Shown: piece by piece, positions 30,833 to 44,270 of the stretch
Position numbering within the stretch: position 1 is the stretch's first letter
How the letters are laid out: each line of letters begins with the position of its first letter
Assembly: GCA_963769885.1 (NCBI GenBank)
Contig: CAVYNH010000006.1
Location: forward strand, 192,001 to 256,000
DNA: 64,000 bases
Source of the DNA: Methanobacteriota archaeon
GTDB lineage: Archaea > Thermoplasmatota > E2 > DHVEG-1
Reading direction: 5' to 3'
Position numbers and translations under genes: made by a program
Notes under the pieces: model-generated
What the model saw: the letters and a program-made list of their open reading frames with translations, nothing else
Databases searched by the model: none
Told to the model about the DNA's origin: nothing

Positions 30833-32689
30833 TCACTCGAGCTGGACGTTCTTGATGAAGCAGAGCATGATGGACGCGGTCGCGTTGCGTTGGAAGACCT
30901 CGCCCATGGTCTCGAGCCGGACGTTGATCGTCGCTGGGCCGAACCCCAGGATGAACTTCGTCTCGAGCGTGTCACAGTAGTTGACGTTCAGCCGCTGGTT
31001 CTCCGCGGTGGTCTTGCGGCCGAGGAGAACGAGGCCCTTGAGGGTGATGCTCCAGTTCAGGTCGGACACGTTCATCGTCCCGATGTTCTTGATGCCGACC
31101 ATGAGCCGCGTTTTACCTGGTAGGATGCTCGAAATCGTCAGCACGGGGAGTTCATGAATGGCGATGACATGAGGCGCCGTCCATGCTGACTCAGATCCCA
31201 CTTCGTCTTTTGCCTTTGCTCGGATATTATAGGCGCCTTCTATCATCCAGGCGTGGGAGCTGTTGCAGGAGCTTCCGGATTGGTACGGCCCGAGCCATGC
31301 GCTGAGGTTCCCGTCGCCCCAGTCGAACCGGAAGAAGATCGCCTGCCCAGCGGGGTCTGTGGCGCTGGTGGTGAACGTGGCCGGCCGCCCGGTGATTCCT
31401 TCATCGGGCCCCTGGGGGACGCTGACGTTCTCCGGTGGGGGGTCAGAGACCCACAGGGTGATCCGTTCCCCGATGTTGTCGGGGTAATCATCGTACTGGG
31501 GGCTCTCCGTTTGGGTATCATGCTCGACGGCGTAGTCAAAGGCCTCGCGGAAGCTGATGACGCCATCGCTGTTGTTGTCGGCGTTCACGGCGACGCCGTA
31601 GGCGTCCTCCCATTTCATAGCCGCAGTCCAGTGGAACACGTATTCATCATAGTAATACGGGTAGGGCAGCATCGCATACGAAGATTCATCATAGCGGCAG
31701 GCGGAGGATGCGACGACAGGGCCGGGCGGGACAACGACGTTATCGATGAATCCACCCGAGTAGCAGGGCTCGAAGGTGCAGAGGATCTCGACGTTATCGG
31801 GGAACAAGGCGAGGAGTTCAGCGAAATGATCGTCAGAGAGCTCCTCATGGTTCCAGAGGTTCTCATAGGTGCTCAGCCCGCCATCGGTCCCGCCGTGGTC
31901 CGTGGTGAAGATAAAGAGTTTTTCGCCGCCCGAGAAGTTCGCGGCGAGGTTGGTGAAGACAGCGTTCACGGTGGAGAGAAGACAGGCGTACATGATGTCG
32001 GCGTCGCCGTCCGCGTCGAGGTCAGGGTTCGAGTTCTGGCCGTTGGACTGGTCAGGGGTTGGGTCCAAGCCGTCGGAGCAGAGGGTGATGATATTCTCGT
32101 CGGCGTACCCGTAGACCTCGGTGAGGGTGATGTAGATGTTGGAAAGGTCGTCCCAGTATCGGATGTGGTTGTTGCTTGAGTCGTACCCGCCATTCATGAG
32201 GATCACCCATCGGTTGTCACGGCCTGAGGTTGCGGGCGCGGTTCCAGGGTGCGTCTGGGGGCGGATGTTGCGTGCGGATAGGAAGCCCTGCATGAAGGGG
32301 GTGTCGATGGCGTGGTAGTCCTTGAAATTCTCCGGCGGGCTGTTGGCGTCAAACACCGTAATCTTCGTTGTGGATGCTGAGTAGTAGACGTACTGGACGG
32401 GGTGGAAGAGGTTCCGCTGTGGGGAGAGGTCGAGGTAGAGGACGTACCCGGGTCCAGGGACGTCATAGACGTGTTCTCTTGTTCCCATGATGCTGTCGCC
32501 TTTGGAGACTGGTCCCCAGACGTAGGCGAGGATCTGGTCGTCCGTATGCGACAGTCGGGCGAGAATGGTATGGGCGACGGCCTGGACGTTGGGCTGCGCG
32601 GCCACAGTGGGAAGGATGGCCGGGTAGGATGCCAGGAGCAGGGTGGCAGCTAAGAGTAGTGCGGTTGGGATTGTGTTCTTCTTCATCAT
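30833..32689 (-). CDS. Secreted C13 (legumain)/caspase-like peptidase with PKD and C-terminal Ig-like module
   Basis: N.IRYWDD, FTTDHGG, FEPCYSGGF, FDWGDG..AKAKDEVGSESAW. Confidence 0.82.
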   Translation of the reverse strand: MMKKNTIPTALLLAATLLLASYPAILPTVAAQPNVQAVAHTILARLSHTDDQILAYVWGPVSKGDSIMGTREHVYDVPGPGYVLYLDLSPQRNLFHPVQYVYYSASTTKITVFDANSPPENFKDYHAIDTPFMQGFLSARNIRPQTHPGTAPATSGRDNRWVILMNGGYDSSNNHIRYWDDLSNIYITLTEVYGYADENIITLCSDGLDPTPDQSNGQNSNPDLDADGDADIMYACLLSTVNAVFTNLAANFSGGEKLFIFTTDHGGTDGGLSTYENLWNHEELSDDHFAELLALFPDNVEILCTFEPCYSGGFIDNVVVPPGPVVASSACRYDESSYAMLPYPYYYDEYVFHWTAAMKWEDAYGVAVNADNNSDGVISFREAFDYAVEHDTQTESPQYDDYPDNIGERITLWVSDPPPENVSVPQGPDEGITGRPATFTTSATDPAGQAIFFRFDWGDGNLSAWLGPYQSGSSCNSSHAWMIEGAYNIRAKAKDEVGSESAWTAPHVIAIHELPVLTISSILPGKTRLMVGIKNIGTMNVSDLNWSITLKGLVLLGRKTTAENQRLNVNYCDTLETKFILGFGPATINVRLETMGEVFQRNATASIMLCFIKNVQLE

Positions 32690-32951
32690 CTAGGTTGAAC
32701 CCCCTCGGTAAGAATCTAATGCCAAATCCTCTTAATTAATATATTGATTGTGATAATTATACTCTGCCTCGGCCTGGAGGGGAGAGGGGCTTCCCTTTGA
32801 GGCAGGGGAAACGTCATGACGGGTACTCTGAAGGGGGGCGTTCTGGCTCGAAATTGATAGGATGAGGCATGGCCGCCGGCTTTGGTTATCTTTTTCACGG
32901 CGTTATCTTTTTTAAGCTCATGGATGATTCATTTTATCGGATGCGAGTGCA

Positions 32952-33380
32952 ATGACGACGCCGTATACGCCCATTCTCTTGGTCGAGGACAACCCGTCTG
33001 ATGAGCAGCGGGTGCTGCAGGCCTTCGACCGCAACGACATGGCGCATCTCGTCCACGTCGCCAGGGACGGCGCCGAGGCGCTCGAGTACCTCTTCGGCGC
33101 GCAGGACGGCAGCATCCTGCGGACTCCACCGCCGCGGCTCATCCTCCTCGACCTGCGGCTCCCGCGGGTCCCTGGGCTTGAGGTCCTGCGACGGATCCGC
33201 GCGCACCCAGAAGGAAAAAACCTCTTCGTCATTGTCTTCACCGTCTCCCGCGAGGAACAGGACCGGGTCGAGGCGACGCGGCTAGGCGCGGACGCCTTCA
33301 TCAACAAACCCGTCGACCTCAGAGAATTCCCCAAGACCATGGAAAAAATCGGCCTGACCTGGCTGATCAGCACCCAATAA
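32952..33380 (+). CDS. Standalone response regulator receiver (Rcp1-like)
   Basis: ILLVEDN, LILLDLRLP, FTVS, FINKP. Confidence 0.9.
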   Translation: MTTPYTPILLVEDNPSDEQRVLQAFDRNDMAHLVHVARDGAEALEYLFGAQDGSILRTPPPRLILLDLRLPRVPGLEVLRRIRAHPEGKNLFVIVFTVSREEQDRVEATRLGADAFINKPVDLREFPKTMEKIGLTWLISTQ

Positions 33381-33404
33381 ACCCGAACACAACGCCGATG
33401 GACG

Positions 33405-33704
33405 TCAGGACTGCTTCTTGATGAACGGCCAGACGTCCTCCGCCGTCTTCGCGTTATCCACCATGCTCCGGCGTTCCTTCCACCAGTCCGTCGCCTCGAT
33501 GTCCTGGCGGCACTTCTCCAACTTCTCCTTCGCCTGATTGATCTCCACGATCTTCTGCATCGAATGCAAGGTATACTCCATGTACACCATCACGTCGCAG
33601 AGCAGGTCCATGTCCGTGGCGAGCTCCGGGTTGATCATACTCCGGATCTCCTCGCCCACAAACTCAAGAGAAAACGCGGGGAACTTCTTACTCATCAAAC
33701 CCAT
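33405..33704 (-). CDS. Hypothetical protein
   Basis: GGAGGT RBS upstream; 99-aa helical ORF with gene-like codon usage. Confidence 0.6.
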   Translation of the reverse strand: MGLMSKKFPAFSLEFVGEEIRSMINPELATDMDLLCDVMVYMEYTLHSMQKIVEINQAKEKLEKCRQDIEATDWWKERRSMVDNAKTAEDVWPFIKKQS

Positions 33705-33894
33705 GCACGCAGACCTCCACCACACCTAACCACATCGTTCTATATAAGACCTCCCACAACCCCGAGAAAAACCTAATAACCACGCCATGAGATAGGAACC
33801 CCGCATGATGAGCGAACCTTCGCTGAACAACCCCAACACTTCGTTGTGATGATGACGATCTTGAGTGCTGAATTCATCATGCACTACTTTTCTT

Positions 33895-34342
33895 TTAGAT
33901 ATGCGGCGCCAGCATCTCCGCGACCTTCTCAAAAAAATGCCGATCCTCACCCGTGAACGCATCCACCATATCCGAATCCACATCGATCTCCCCAATCACC
34001 ACGCCCTCGCGGAAGATCGGCACCACGATCTCCGAGCGCGTCGACACAAAACACGACAGATACCGTAGGTCATGACGTACATCTGACACCACCTCCGTCT
34101 TCCCAGACTTCGCCGCCGCCCCACAAATCCCAATCCCCAACGGGATCCGCGTATGCTCCGTCGCCTGCGGCCCTACCCACGGGCCCAACACCAGCATCCC
34201 CTCCCGCACCACATACACCCCCACCCATGAGTACCTGGGGGAACCACCGTACCAACGCTGCCACCACGTCCCGGACTGCCTCCGGCTCATCACGCGTTAA
34301 TAACACCTGAATTTGGTTGATCGCCTCATCCCGCCTCACCAC
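33895..34342 (-). CDS. GAF-domain free methionine-(R)-sulfoxide reductase-like protein; apparent frameshift at about 34239
   Basis: YSWVGVY..LGPWVG..RIPLGIGICG..YLSC..TRSEIVVP..GEIDVDS; N-terminus in the adjacent frame across a C5 run. Confidence 0.8.
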
Positions 34343-34355
34343 ACATCCCTCCTCT

Positions 34356-35594
34356 TCATGCCTTAAACTCCAACAAGCTCGCCTGACGATCCCCTGGCAC
34401 CGCTACTGACGCTGCCTCTGGCTCTGCCTCAGTCGGCAGCTCAATCGAGCCGTACTGCCCGCCGCCTCCTGGGATAATCCGCACCTTATGCTCACGGAAC
34501 AGCTGGATCGCATCCGCAATCGCCGGCGACGTCACCCGCCGGATCCTCCCCAGGTCCCCATCAACCAGCACTGAAATCTCGTCCCCAAACTCCGTGATGA
34601 GCTCCTCCCAACGTCTCGAAACGGTCTGGCTGAACGGTGTCCGCTGCCCCACCGCCTTCGTGATGATCTCTGCCAACGGGATCAGATGAAGATACGGCGG
34701 CCGATGGTCCGGATGCAACGGCGCCTCACGGGTCGCAATCTGCGCGACCCGATCCCGCACCCCCTTCTTGATCCGCTTCCCGCAGCGGCAGCGCCACCGC
34801 CGTCGTTCTGCTTCCACCAGCGAATAGTGCGTGAAGCAAGAGATGCACGCGGACTCGTTGTACTTCCCCTCTTGCGGCGGCAGCCCGACGTTCAACACCG
34901 GACGATTCCCCCCGGTCCGCAGGATCGCCTTGCGCAGCTCCGCAAACGTCGCCTCACCCACCTCGAACCGCGTGAACTCCCGGGCGAGACGCACCGGGTG
35001 AGGACTATGACTATCCGAGTTCGTCAGGAACGTCAGCCGATGCAGCTCATCGATCGTGTCCGCATAATCCGTGTCCGCGCTCAACCCCAACTCAACAAAC
35101 GACACATACCCCGCAGCGTCCCCATAACAATCCGTCAGGCTGTCGTGGTATGCGTACATCGACGTCCACGGCGTGAAGGCATGCGCCGGCCCGATGAGCG
35201 CCTCCACGTCCTTGGCGAGTAACGCAAGCTCCGTGCCGCCTAGGGCAATGTTCGGCCGACCGTCCGTCTCCAGATTCTTCGAGAACCCTGAAACCCGCTC
35301 CTTGAACGTCTCTACCGTGGAGAGACTGGGGAAATACAAGAGGTGATGAACCCTGTGCATGTCCTCGACTTCTGTGCTGAGGACGAAACGGGTCCCGTTC
35401 CGCTCGAACGTCCCGTCGTCAATCCGTGTGCAGCTCCGAATCTGCTCAAGCCATCCCCCATGTAGGCAGTCGCCGGTCGCCACCATCTGGATGCCCTTCC
35501 GGGGCGCCTCACGCGACAACGTCTCCAGATCCATTGAGTCGCTCGTCGCCGCGGAATACCGGGAATGGATATGCAGGTCCGCGTTGATCAACAT
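34356..35594 (-). CDS. PHP-family TIGR00375 protein, endonuclease Q-like
   Basis: ADLHIHSRYS, PAHAFTPW, ELGLSAD, NSDSHS, GKYN..C..C..C.CG..KGV.DR, PGGGGQYG. Confidence 0.85.
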   Translation of the reverse strand: MLINADLHIHSRYSAATSDSMDLETLSREAPRKGIQMVATGDCLHGGWLEQIRSCTRIDDGTFERNGTRFVLSTEVEDMHRVHHLLYFPSLSTVETFKERVSGFSKNLETDGRPNIALGGTELALLAKDVEALIGPAHAFTPWTSMYAYHDSLTDCYGDAAGYVSFVELGLSADTDYADTIDELHRLTFLTNSDSHSPHPVRLAREFTRFEVGEATFAELRKAILRTGGNRPVLNVGLPPQEGKYNESACISCFTHYSLVEAERRRWRCRCGKRIKKGVRDRVAQIATREAPLHPDHRPPYLHLIPLAEIITKAVGQRTPFSQTVSRRWEELITEFGDEISVLVDGDLGRIRRVTSPAIADAIQLFREHKVRIIPGGGGQYGSIELPTEAEPEAASVAVPGDRQASLLEFKA

Positions 35595-35604
35595 CAGGTC
35601 GCCC

Positions 35605-37335
35605 CTATGGCTTCGGCTTCTCAGGCTCCGTCGGGACCGCTGCCCGGCCTCGCGACGAGGGATGAGCATGCTCCTCGTAGAACGTGTCCTTCACCGCGAT
35701 CTCTACCATCCCGGCGATGAAGAAGATGATACTCGCGAAAACCAACAGGTAGACGCCCCAGCCCATCTGCCAGGACACCATCATCGTGCTGCCTGGGACG
35801 TCCGGCACGGCCATCGCTATCGACCCCTGGAACGGCGCCTGAGAAATCGCAGTCAACGTCTGTGCCATCGGCGCCTTCGCCTCAGACACAGTCACCGGCA
35901 CCAGCCCCGCAAGCTGCCCGAGGACCACCGTAAAGATCAAGATCAGGATGAGCGGGAACAACAGTCGGATTCCCCGGCCGACATACCGCACGCCGAGTTT
36001 CCGGCTCCGAGAGATTCCAATCGTCCCCAGAACCAGGAGCACCGTGCCAATCAACACGATGTAGGCGAAAGGCATGACCAGCGAACCCAGCGACACCGGC
36101 CCCTGCCCCGACGGGAAGGTCGCCTGCAGTCCATTGAACGCATCGATCGTCAACAGCTTATCAAGGACGATCTCCTGACCAGCCACCGAGAATCGACCCG
36201 AGACCGTGTACCAGGGGAAGAACACCGCCAGCACCGTGAGCACCAAACCAACGATGCACAGGATGTTACTGATACTGTGTATGTTCGCCCCATCGATATA
36301 CAGCATGGAGAAAATCCTCGGCCCGAGGCCTGTGCGACGATGGCGCCGCACGACAGCAACAGCCAAGAACAACAGGGCGACGAGCGTGAACAAGACCAAG
36401 AAGATTAAGAAATTATAGACGAACCATTCCGCGATGAACAACGGCTGCTGCGCCTGCAACAGATTCGCCCCCCAGGCGAGCGGGTCCTGCCACATCTGCC
36501 CGCCCTCACGGAACATCGGGCCCTCTGGCCCTGCTTCTCCGAGGAGCGCCGCCTGGACCGCATCAGATTGGTTGCCGCCGATCCAGCCCCAGTTCCCAGC
36601 ATACGAGAGCCACGACTGATTCTCCAAGACCGTGAGCGTATAGCCATCAGGCTGCAGCACCAGTCCGTTCGCCCCCACCGAATCAGACGCGACCCCCAGC
36701 TTCCCGGAGAACGACCGCAGATACGAGGCATGGCTGCCCCGGGCAATGTAGACCTTCATGTGGTCGCCCTCGTGCTCGACCAATGACCACGGCGCCCGCT
36801 GACCCTGATTATGCTGACTGTACATCACCTGTGACGGCACACCGCTTTGGACGACAACCTGTGCCATCTCCCAGTCCGCCTCATGGCGATTCAACTCACC
36901 GGGGTTGAAGACATAGAAGAACCAGTACTGGATGACGGTCCCCTGCGGAAGGGTGTCGACCCGGGCATAGACAGTGTAGCCCAGAAAAGCACGGTTGGCC
37001 TCATAGGCCTGCACAATACCATCGTCCGACACAGTCCCCAGCTGGTTATCCAGAAAATACTTCTGCGCAGAATTGTTATACGAGCCGAGCGACTCTGGCG
37101 ACGGCGAGGCGTTCACCAACACCGGCCCCGTGTCCGTCGACCGGTACAGCTGCGAATGCTGAACATAATACGCGACATCAACAGGATAACACGTCTCACC
37201 CTGCTCAAAATACAGGACCGGCGCAAACCGGCTCGCGAGAGCCTCGTCCTCCGTGGACGCTCCCAACGCCCCAGAAGCCCCAATAATCAGGATACCGATA
37301 AGCCCCAGAGATAGAACAATCGCTCTTCTTCTCAC
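35605..37335 (-). CDS. Vps62-like extracellular domain membrane protein
   Basis: FAPVLYF, IQYWFFYVFN..HEADWE, YSQH, VYIARGSHASY, WG..GPEGP; C-terminal TMs. Confidence 0.7.
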   Translation of the reverse strand: MRRRAIVLSLGLIGILIIGASGALGASTEDEALASRFAPVLYFEQGETCYPVDVAYYVQHSQLYRSTDTGPVLVNASPSPESLGSYNNSAQKYFLDNQLGTVSDDGIVQAYEANRAFLGYTVYARVDTLPQGTVIQYWFFYVFNPGELNRHEADWEMAQVVVQSGVPSQVMYSQHNQGQRAPWSLVEHEGDHMKVYIARGSHASYLRSFSGKLGVASDSVGANGLVLQPDGYTLTVLENQSWLSYAGNWGWIGGNQSDAVQAALLGEAGPEGPMFREGGQMWQDPLAWGANLLQAQQPLFIAEWFVYNFLIFLVLFTLVALLFLAVAVVRRHRRTGLGPRIFSMLYIDGANIHSISNILCIVGLVLTVLAVFFPWYTVSGRFSVAGQEIVLDKLLTIDAFNGLQATFPSGQGPVSLGSLVMPFAYIVLIGTVLLVLGTIGISRSRKLGVRYVGRGIRLLFPLILILIFTVVLGQLAGLVPVTVSEAKAPMAQTLTAISQAPFQGSIAMAVPDVPGSTMMVSWQMGWGVYLLVFASIIFFIAGMVEIAVKDTFYEEHAHPSSRGRAAVPTEPEKPKP

Positions 37336-37413
37336 GCTAAACCACTCCCCACACCGTATCAAAAAAGGATATCATCTCGCGGCTTTTCAACCCTTCGAAG
37401 GAGACAGGGGGGT

Positions 37414-37833
37414 CTACACGGGTAGCTGCGCCGGCGAAATCCGACTGATCGACACCTCAGTCGCCAGCCCCGACTGCATCAGCGTACGGCGGATCTCCTC
37501 ATCCGGGAACGGACAGCGCGACCGGTCCGCGATGATATGCCACCGCGCCGCCTTCCCACGAGCAAAACTCTTCGACTCCGTCATAATCAGATCCAGGTTC
37601 ATCTTCGCGATCACGCTCGCCGCCTTCGCAAGACTGCCCGGCGCATCCGAAAACTCCACCTCGATCCGAATCAAATTCGCCGGCTGACCAGCGATCGGAC
37701 TGAGCACCAACGCATTGATCTTCTCGTCAAGACTCAGCAATAATTCATCGCCATCCTTCAACTGCAACGCCTCGCGAAACTCCGTCGGAATCACGAGCCT
37801 ACCGCGGTTATCAATCCTCAGAATCGTATTCAT
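37414..37833 (-). CDS. AbrB/MazE/SpoVT DNA-binding protein fused to an ACT domain
   Basis: RIDNRGRLVIPTEFREALQL..DAPGSLAKAASVIA. Confidence 0.82.
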   Translation of the reverse strand: MNTILRIDNRGRLVIPTEFREALQLKDGDELLLSLDEKINALVLSPIAGQPANLIRIEVEFSDAPGSLAKAASVIAKMNLDLIMTESKSFARGKAARWHIIADRSRCPFPDEEIRRTLMQSGLATEVSISRISPAQLPV

Positions 37834-38026
37834 CACAAACCCCCCAATGGGAACACTGTGGGCATCGCCGCCAGAGTATATAAACATACCCACAAAAAAC
37901 AGGAGAAAAACCACCCTAAAAACCATAACCTTTATTAGCCATGGAATCATATGAGTTCTCCGAGAAAAACACGACGGGAGCATGGGATGTCCTAGCTACA
38001 AAACAACCATCGCAGATACTCCATAG

Positions 38027-41267
<3,241 letters not shown>

Positions 41268-41287
41268 ACCAGTTTTGAGGAGACACC

Positions 41288-44167
41288 ATGCCAGAAGAAC
41301 AACAAGACGCAAGGGATTTCAACCAAGACATCAACGCGGAGATGAAACGCGCCTTCATCGACTACGCCATGAGCGTCATCATGAGCCGCGCCCTCCCCGA
41401 CGTCCGCGACGGACTCAAACCCGTCCACCGCCGCATCCTCTACGCGATGAACGAGATGGGGCTCACATTCGAAAAGCCGTACAAGAAGTCTGCAAGCGTG
41501 GTTGGCGAGGTTCTCGGCAAGTACCACCCCCACGGCGACCAGGCCATCTACGATTCTCTCGTTCGCATGGCGCAGGACTTTTCCCTTAGGTATCCGCTTG
41601 TCTCTGGCCACGGAAATTTCGGATCGGTCGACGGTGACAGCGCAGCGGCTATGAGATATACAGAAACAAAAGTTGCAAAAATAACTAAACTAATGTTACA
41701 AGATATAGATAAAGAAACTGTTGAATGGCGTGACAACTATGATGGCTCATTAAAAGAGCCGAAAGTTCTACCTGCAGTCATTCCAAACCTGCTTTTAAAT
41801 GGTTCCTCAGGAATCGCTGTCGGCATGGCGACCAACATTCCACCCCACAACCTCAACGAGGTCGTTGACGGCACCATCCGCCTCATCGACCAGCCTGAGA
41901 CCTCCACCACGGAGCTCATGGAAATCATCAAAGGACCAGACTTCCCCACCGGCGGCATCATCTACGGCCGCGGCGGCATCCTCTCCGCCTACTCCACCGG
42001 ACGCGGCCCCGTCATCGTCCGCGCCAAGACCAGCATCGAGGAAGGAGAGACCAAGAACAAGATCATCGTCCACGAACTCCCCTACATGGTCAACAAGGCG
42101 ACCCTCCTGCAGCGGATCGCCGAGCTCGTCAAAGAAAAGAAAATCGAAGGCATTTCGGACCTCCGCGACGAAAGCGACCGCGACGGCATGCGCATCGTCA
42201 TCGAGCTGAAACGCGACGCCATCGAAGACGTCGTCCTCAACCAGCTCTACGAGCACACCGAGATGCAGTCCTCCTTCGGCATCCTCAACCTCGCCATCGT
42301 CCAAGGAGAACCCCGCGTCCTCACCCTCAAAGAAATCCTGCAATACTTCATCGAGTACCGCATCGAGATCATCACCCGCCGGACGACCTACGACCTCAAG
42401 AAGGCCAAGGAACGGATGCACATCCTCGAAGGCCTCATGATCGCGGTCAAGAACATCGACGAGGTCATCGCCATCATCCGCAAGAGCAAGGAAGCCGAAG
42501 AGGCAAAGACCAAACTCATGGCCCGCTTCAGACTCTCGGAGATCCAGGCCAAGGCAATCCTTGAGATGCGGCTACAGAAACTCACCGGCATGGAAATCGA
42601 GGCTCTCAAGAAAGAGCATACCGAGACCAAGGCCCTCATCGAACAGCTCGAGGACCTGCTCCACGACAAAGCGAAGATCCTCACGGAGATTAAACGCGAG
42701 CTCCTCGAACTCAAGGAGAAGTTCGGCGACGACCGGCGCACCCAAATCGTCGAGGGCGAGGCCGGCATCGACATCGAAGACCTCATCCCCAAGCAGGAGG
42801 TCGTCGTCACCATCACCAAGGACGGCTACATCAAGCGCATCCCCACCGAAACCTACCGCACCCAGCACCGCGGTGGCAAAGGCCTCATCGGCATCCGGCC
42901 CAAGGAGGAGGACTACGTCGTCGACTGCTTCATCACCCACTCCCACGACTACCTCATGTTCTTCACGAACCACGGCCGCGTCTACTGGCTCAAGGCCTAC
43001 AAGATCCCGGAGGCGGACCGCCACGCCAAGGGCAAGGCCATCATCAACCTCCTCCCCCGCCTCGAAGAAGGAGAGAAGGTCGAGACCGCGCTGCCCATCC
43101 ATGAGTTCGACGACAAGCACTACCTCATCTTCGCCACCAAACGCGGCACCATCAAAAAAACCGAGCTCTCCCAGTACAGTAACATCCGCGTCAACGGCAT
43201 CCGCGCCATCAACCTCGAGGAGGGCGACGAGCTCATCAACATCGAACTCTCGGATGGCAATAGGACCGTGATGATCGCGACCGCGAAAGGCCAGGCCTGC
43301 CGGTTCAGCGAGAAGGAGATCCGGCCGATGGGCCGCGCGACCTACGGCGTCATCGGCATCCGCTTGAAAGACAAGAAGGACTCCGTCGTCGCCATGACGG
43401 TCACCGACATGACCGGCTCCCTGCTCACGATCACGGAGAACGGGTTCGGGAAACGCTCACCCATCGACGAGTACCGGTTCACCCATCGCGGGAGCCACGG
43501 CGTCCGGACCATCATCACCAACGATCGGAACGGCAACGTCGTCTTCGTCAGCCAGGTCACCGACGACAACGAACTCATCATCACCACCGAGCAAGGCATG
43601 ACCGTCCGCATCCCCGTCAAAGACATCCGAGAGCAGGGGCGCAACACCCAAGGCGTGCGCATCATGCGGCTTAACGACAGTGACAAGGTCGTTTCCGTCA
43701 CCAAAACCATCTCGGTCTCTGAGAACGGGACTCCCTGCGCCTCGGACGAGAATGGTCTGCCGCCGTCACCACAGCCCGCTGTTATCACGCCGCCGGGTAC
43801 CCGTGCTGAGCCTCTACCGCGTGCGGAACCAGCACGAGAGCCTTCAGAGGAAGCTGAGGAAGCACCGCCCAAGAGACAACCAGTCCGTAGGCGCACGAAA
43901 AAGAAGCGGGCTGCGTTGAAGGCCGCACCTAAGAAGAAGGCCTCGAAGACAGTTCGGGTGAAGCCAAAGCCTAAGCCGAAGACTAGAAAGAAGCCGACGA
44001 AAAAACCGGTGCGGGCGAAGGCGAAGCCAAAGCCGAAACCAAAAGTAACCAAGAAGCGAATCCGGCCGGGTGCGAAGAAGAAGGCGAAGGTCGTCGCCAA
44101 GAAGAAAGCGAAGACGGTGAGGGCAAAAAAGAAAATCGTTGTGAAGAAGGCCAAGAAGAAACGCTGA
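41288..44167 (+). CDS. gyrA: DNA gyrase subunit A with Lys-rich C-terminal tail
   Basis: [22 protein letters not shown], GyrA-box QHRGGKG, pinwheel repeats. Confidence 0.96.
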   Translation: MPEEQQDARDFNQDINAEMKRAFIDYAMSVIMSRALPDVRDGLKPVHRRILYAMNEMGLTFEKPYKKSASVVGEVLGKYHPHGDQAIYDSLVRMAQDFSLRYPLVSGHGNFGSVDGDSAAAMRYTETKVAKITKLMLQDIDKETVEWRDNYDGSLKEPKVLPAVIPNLLLNGSSGIAVGMATNIPPHNLNEVVDGTIRLIDQPETSTTELMEIIKGPDFPTGGIIYGRGGILSAYSTGRGPVIVRAKTSIEEGETKNKIIVHELPYMVNKATLLQRIAELVKEKKIEGISDLRDESDRDGMRIVIELKRDAIEDVVLNQLYEHTEMQSSFGILNLAIVQGEPRVLTLKEILQYFIEYRIEIITRRTTYDLKKAKERMHILEGLMIAVKNIDEVIAIIRKSKEAEEAKTKLMARFRLSEIQAKAILEMRLQKLTGMEIEALKKEHTETKALIEQLEDLLHDKAKILTEIKRELLELKEKFGDDRRTQIVEGEAGIDIEDLIPKQEVVVTITKDGYIKRIPTETYRTQHRGGKGLIGIRPKEEDYVVDCFITHSHDYLMFFTNHGRVYWLKAYKIPEADRHAKGKAIINLLPRLEEGEKVETALPIHEFDDKHYLIFATKRGTIKKTELSQYSNIRVNGIRAINLEEGDELINIELSDGNRTVMIATAKGQACRFSEKEIRPMGRATYGVIGIRLKDKKDSVVAMTVTDMTGSLLTITENGFGKRSPIDEYRFTHRGSHGVRTIITNDRNGNVVFVSQVTDDNELIITTEQGMTVRIPVKDIREQGRNTQGVRIMRLNDSDKVVSVTKTISVSENGTPCASDENGLPPSPQPAVITPPGTRAEPLPRAEPAREPSEEAEEAPPKRQPVRRRTKKKRAALKAAPKKKASKTVRVKPKPKPKTRKKPTKKPVRAKAKPKPKPKVTKKRIRPGAKKKAKVVAKKKAKTVRAKKKIVVKKAKKKR

Positions 44168-44270
44168 ACGGTATGACTCGGGACGGCGGCTTCTGGTTTT
44201 GGGCCTGGCACCGTCTTTTTTGGTGCCTGGTCGAATACATCTGAGTCAGTCCTTATAAACCTCCCGCGAG

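Noticed and set aside
37414-37833. AbrB as the antitoxin of a toxin-antitoxin pair
   Set aside because: Fused to an ACT domain, with no adjacent PIN/MazF toxin.
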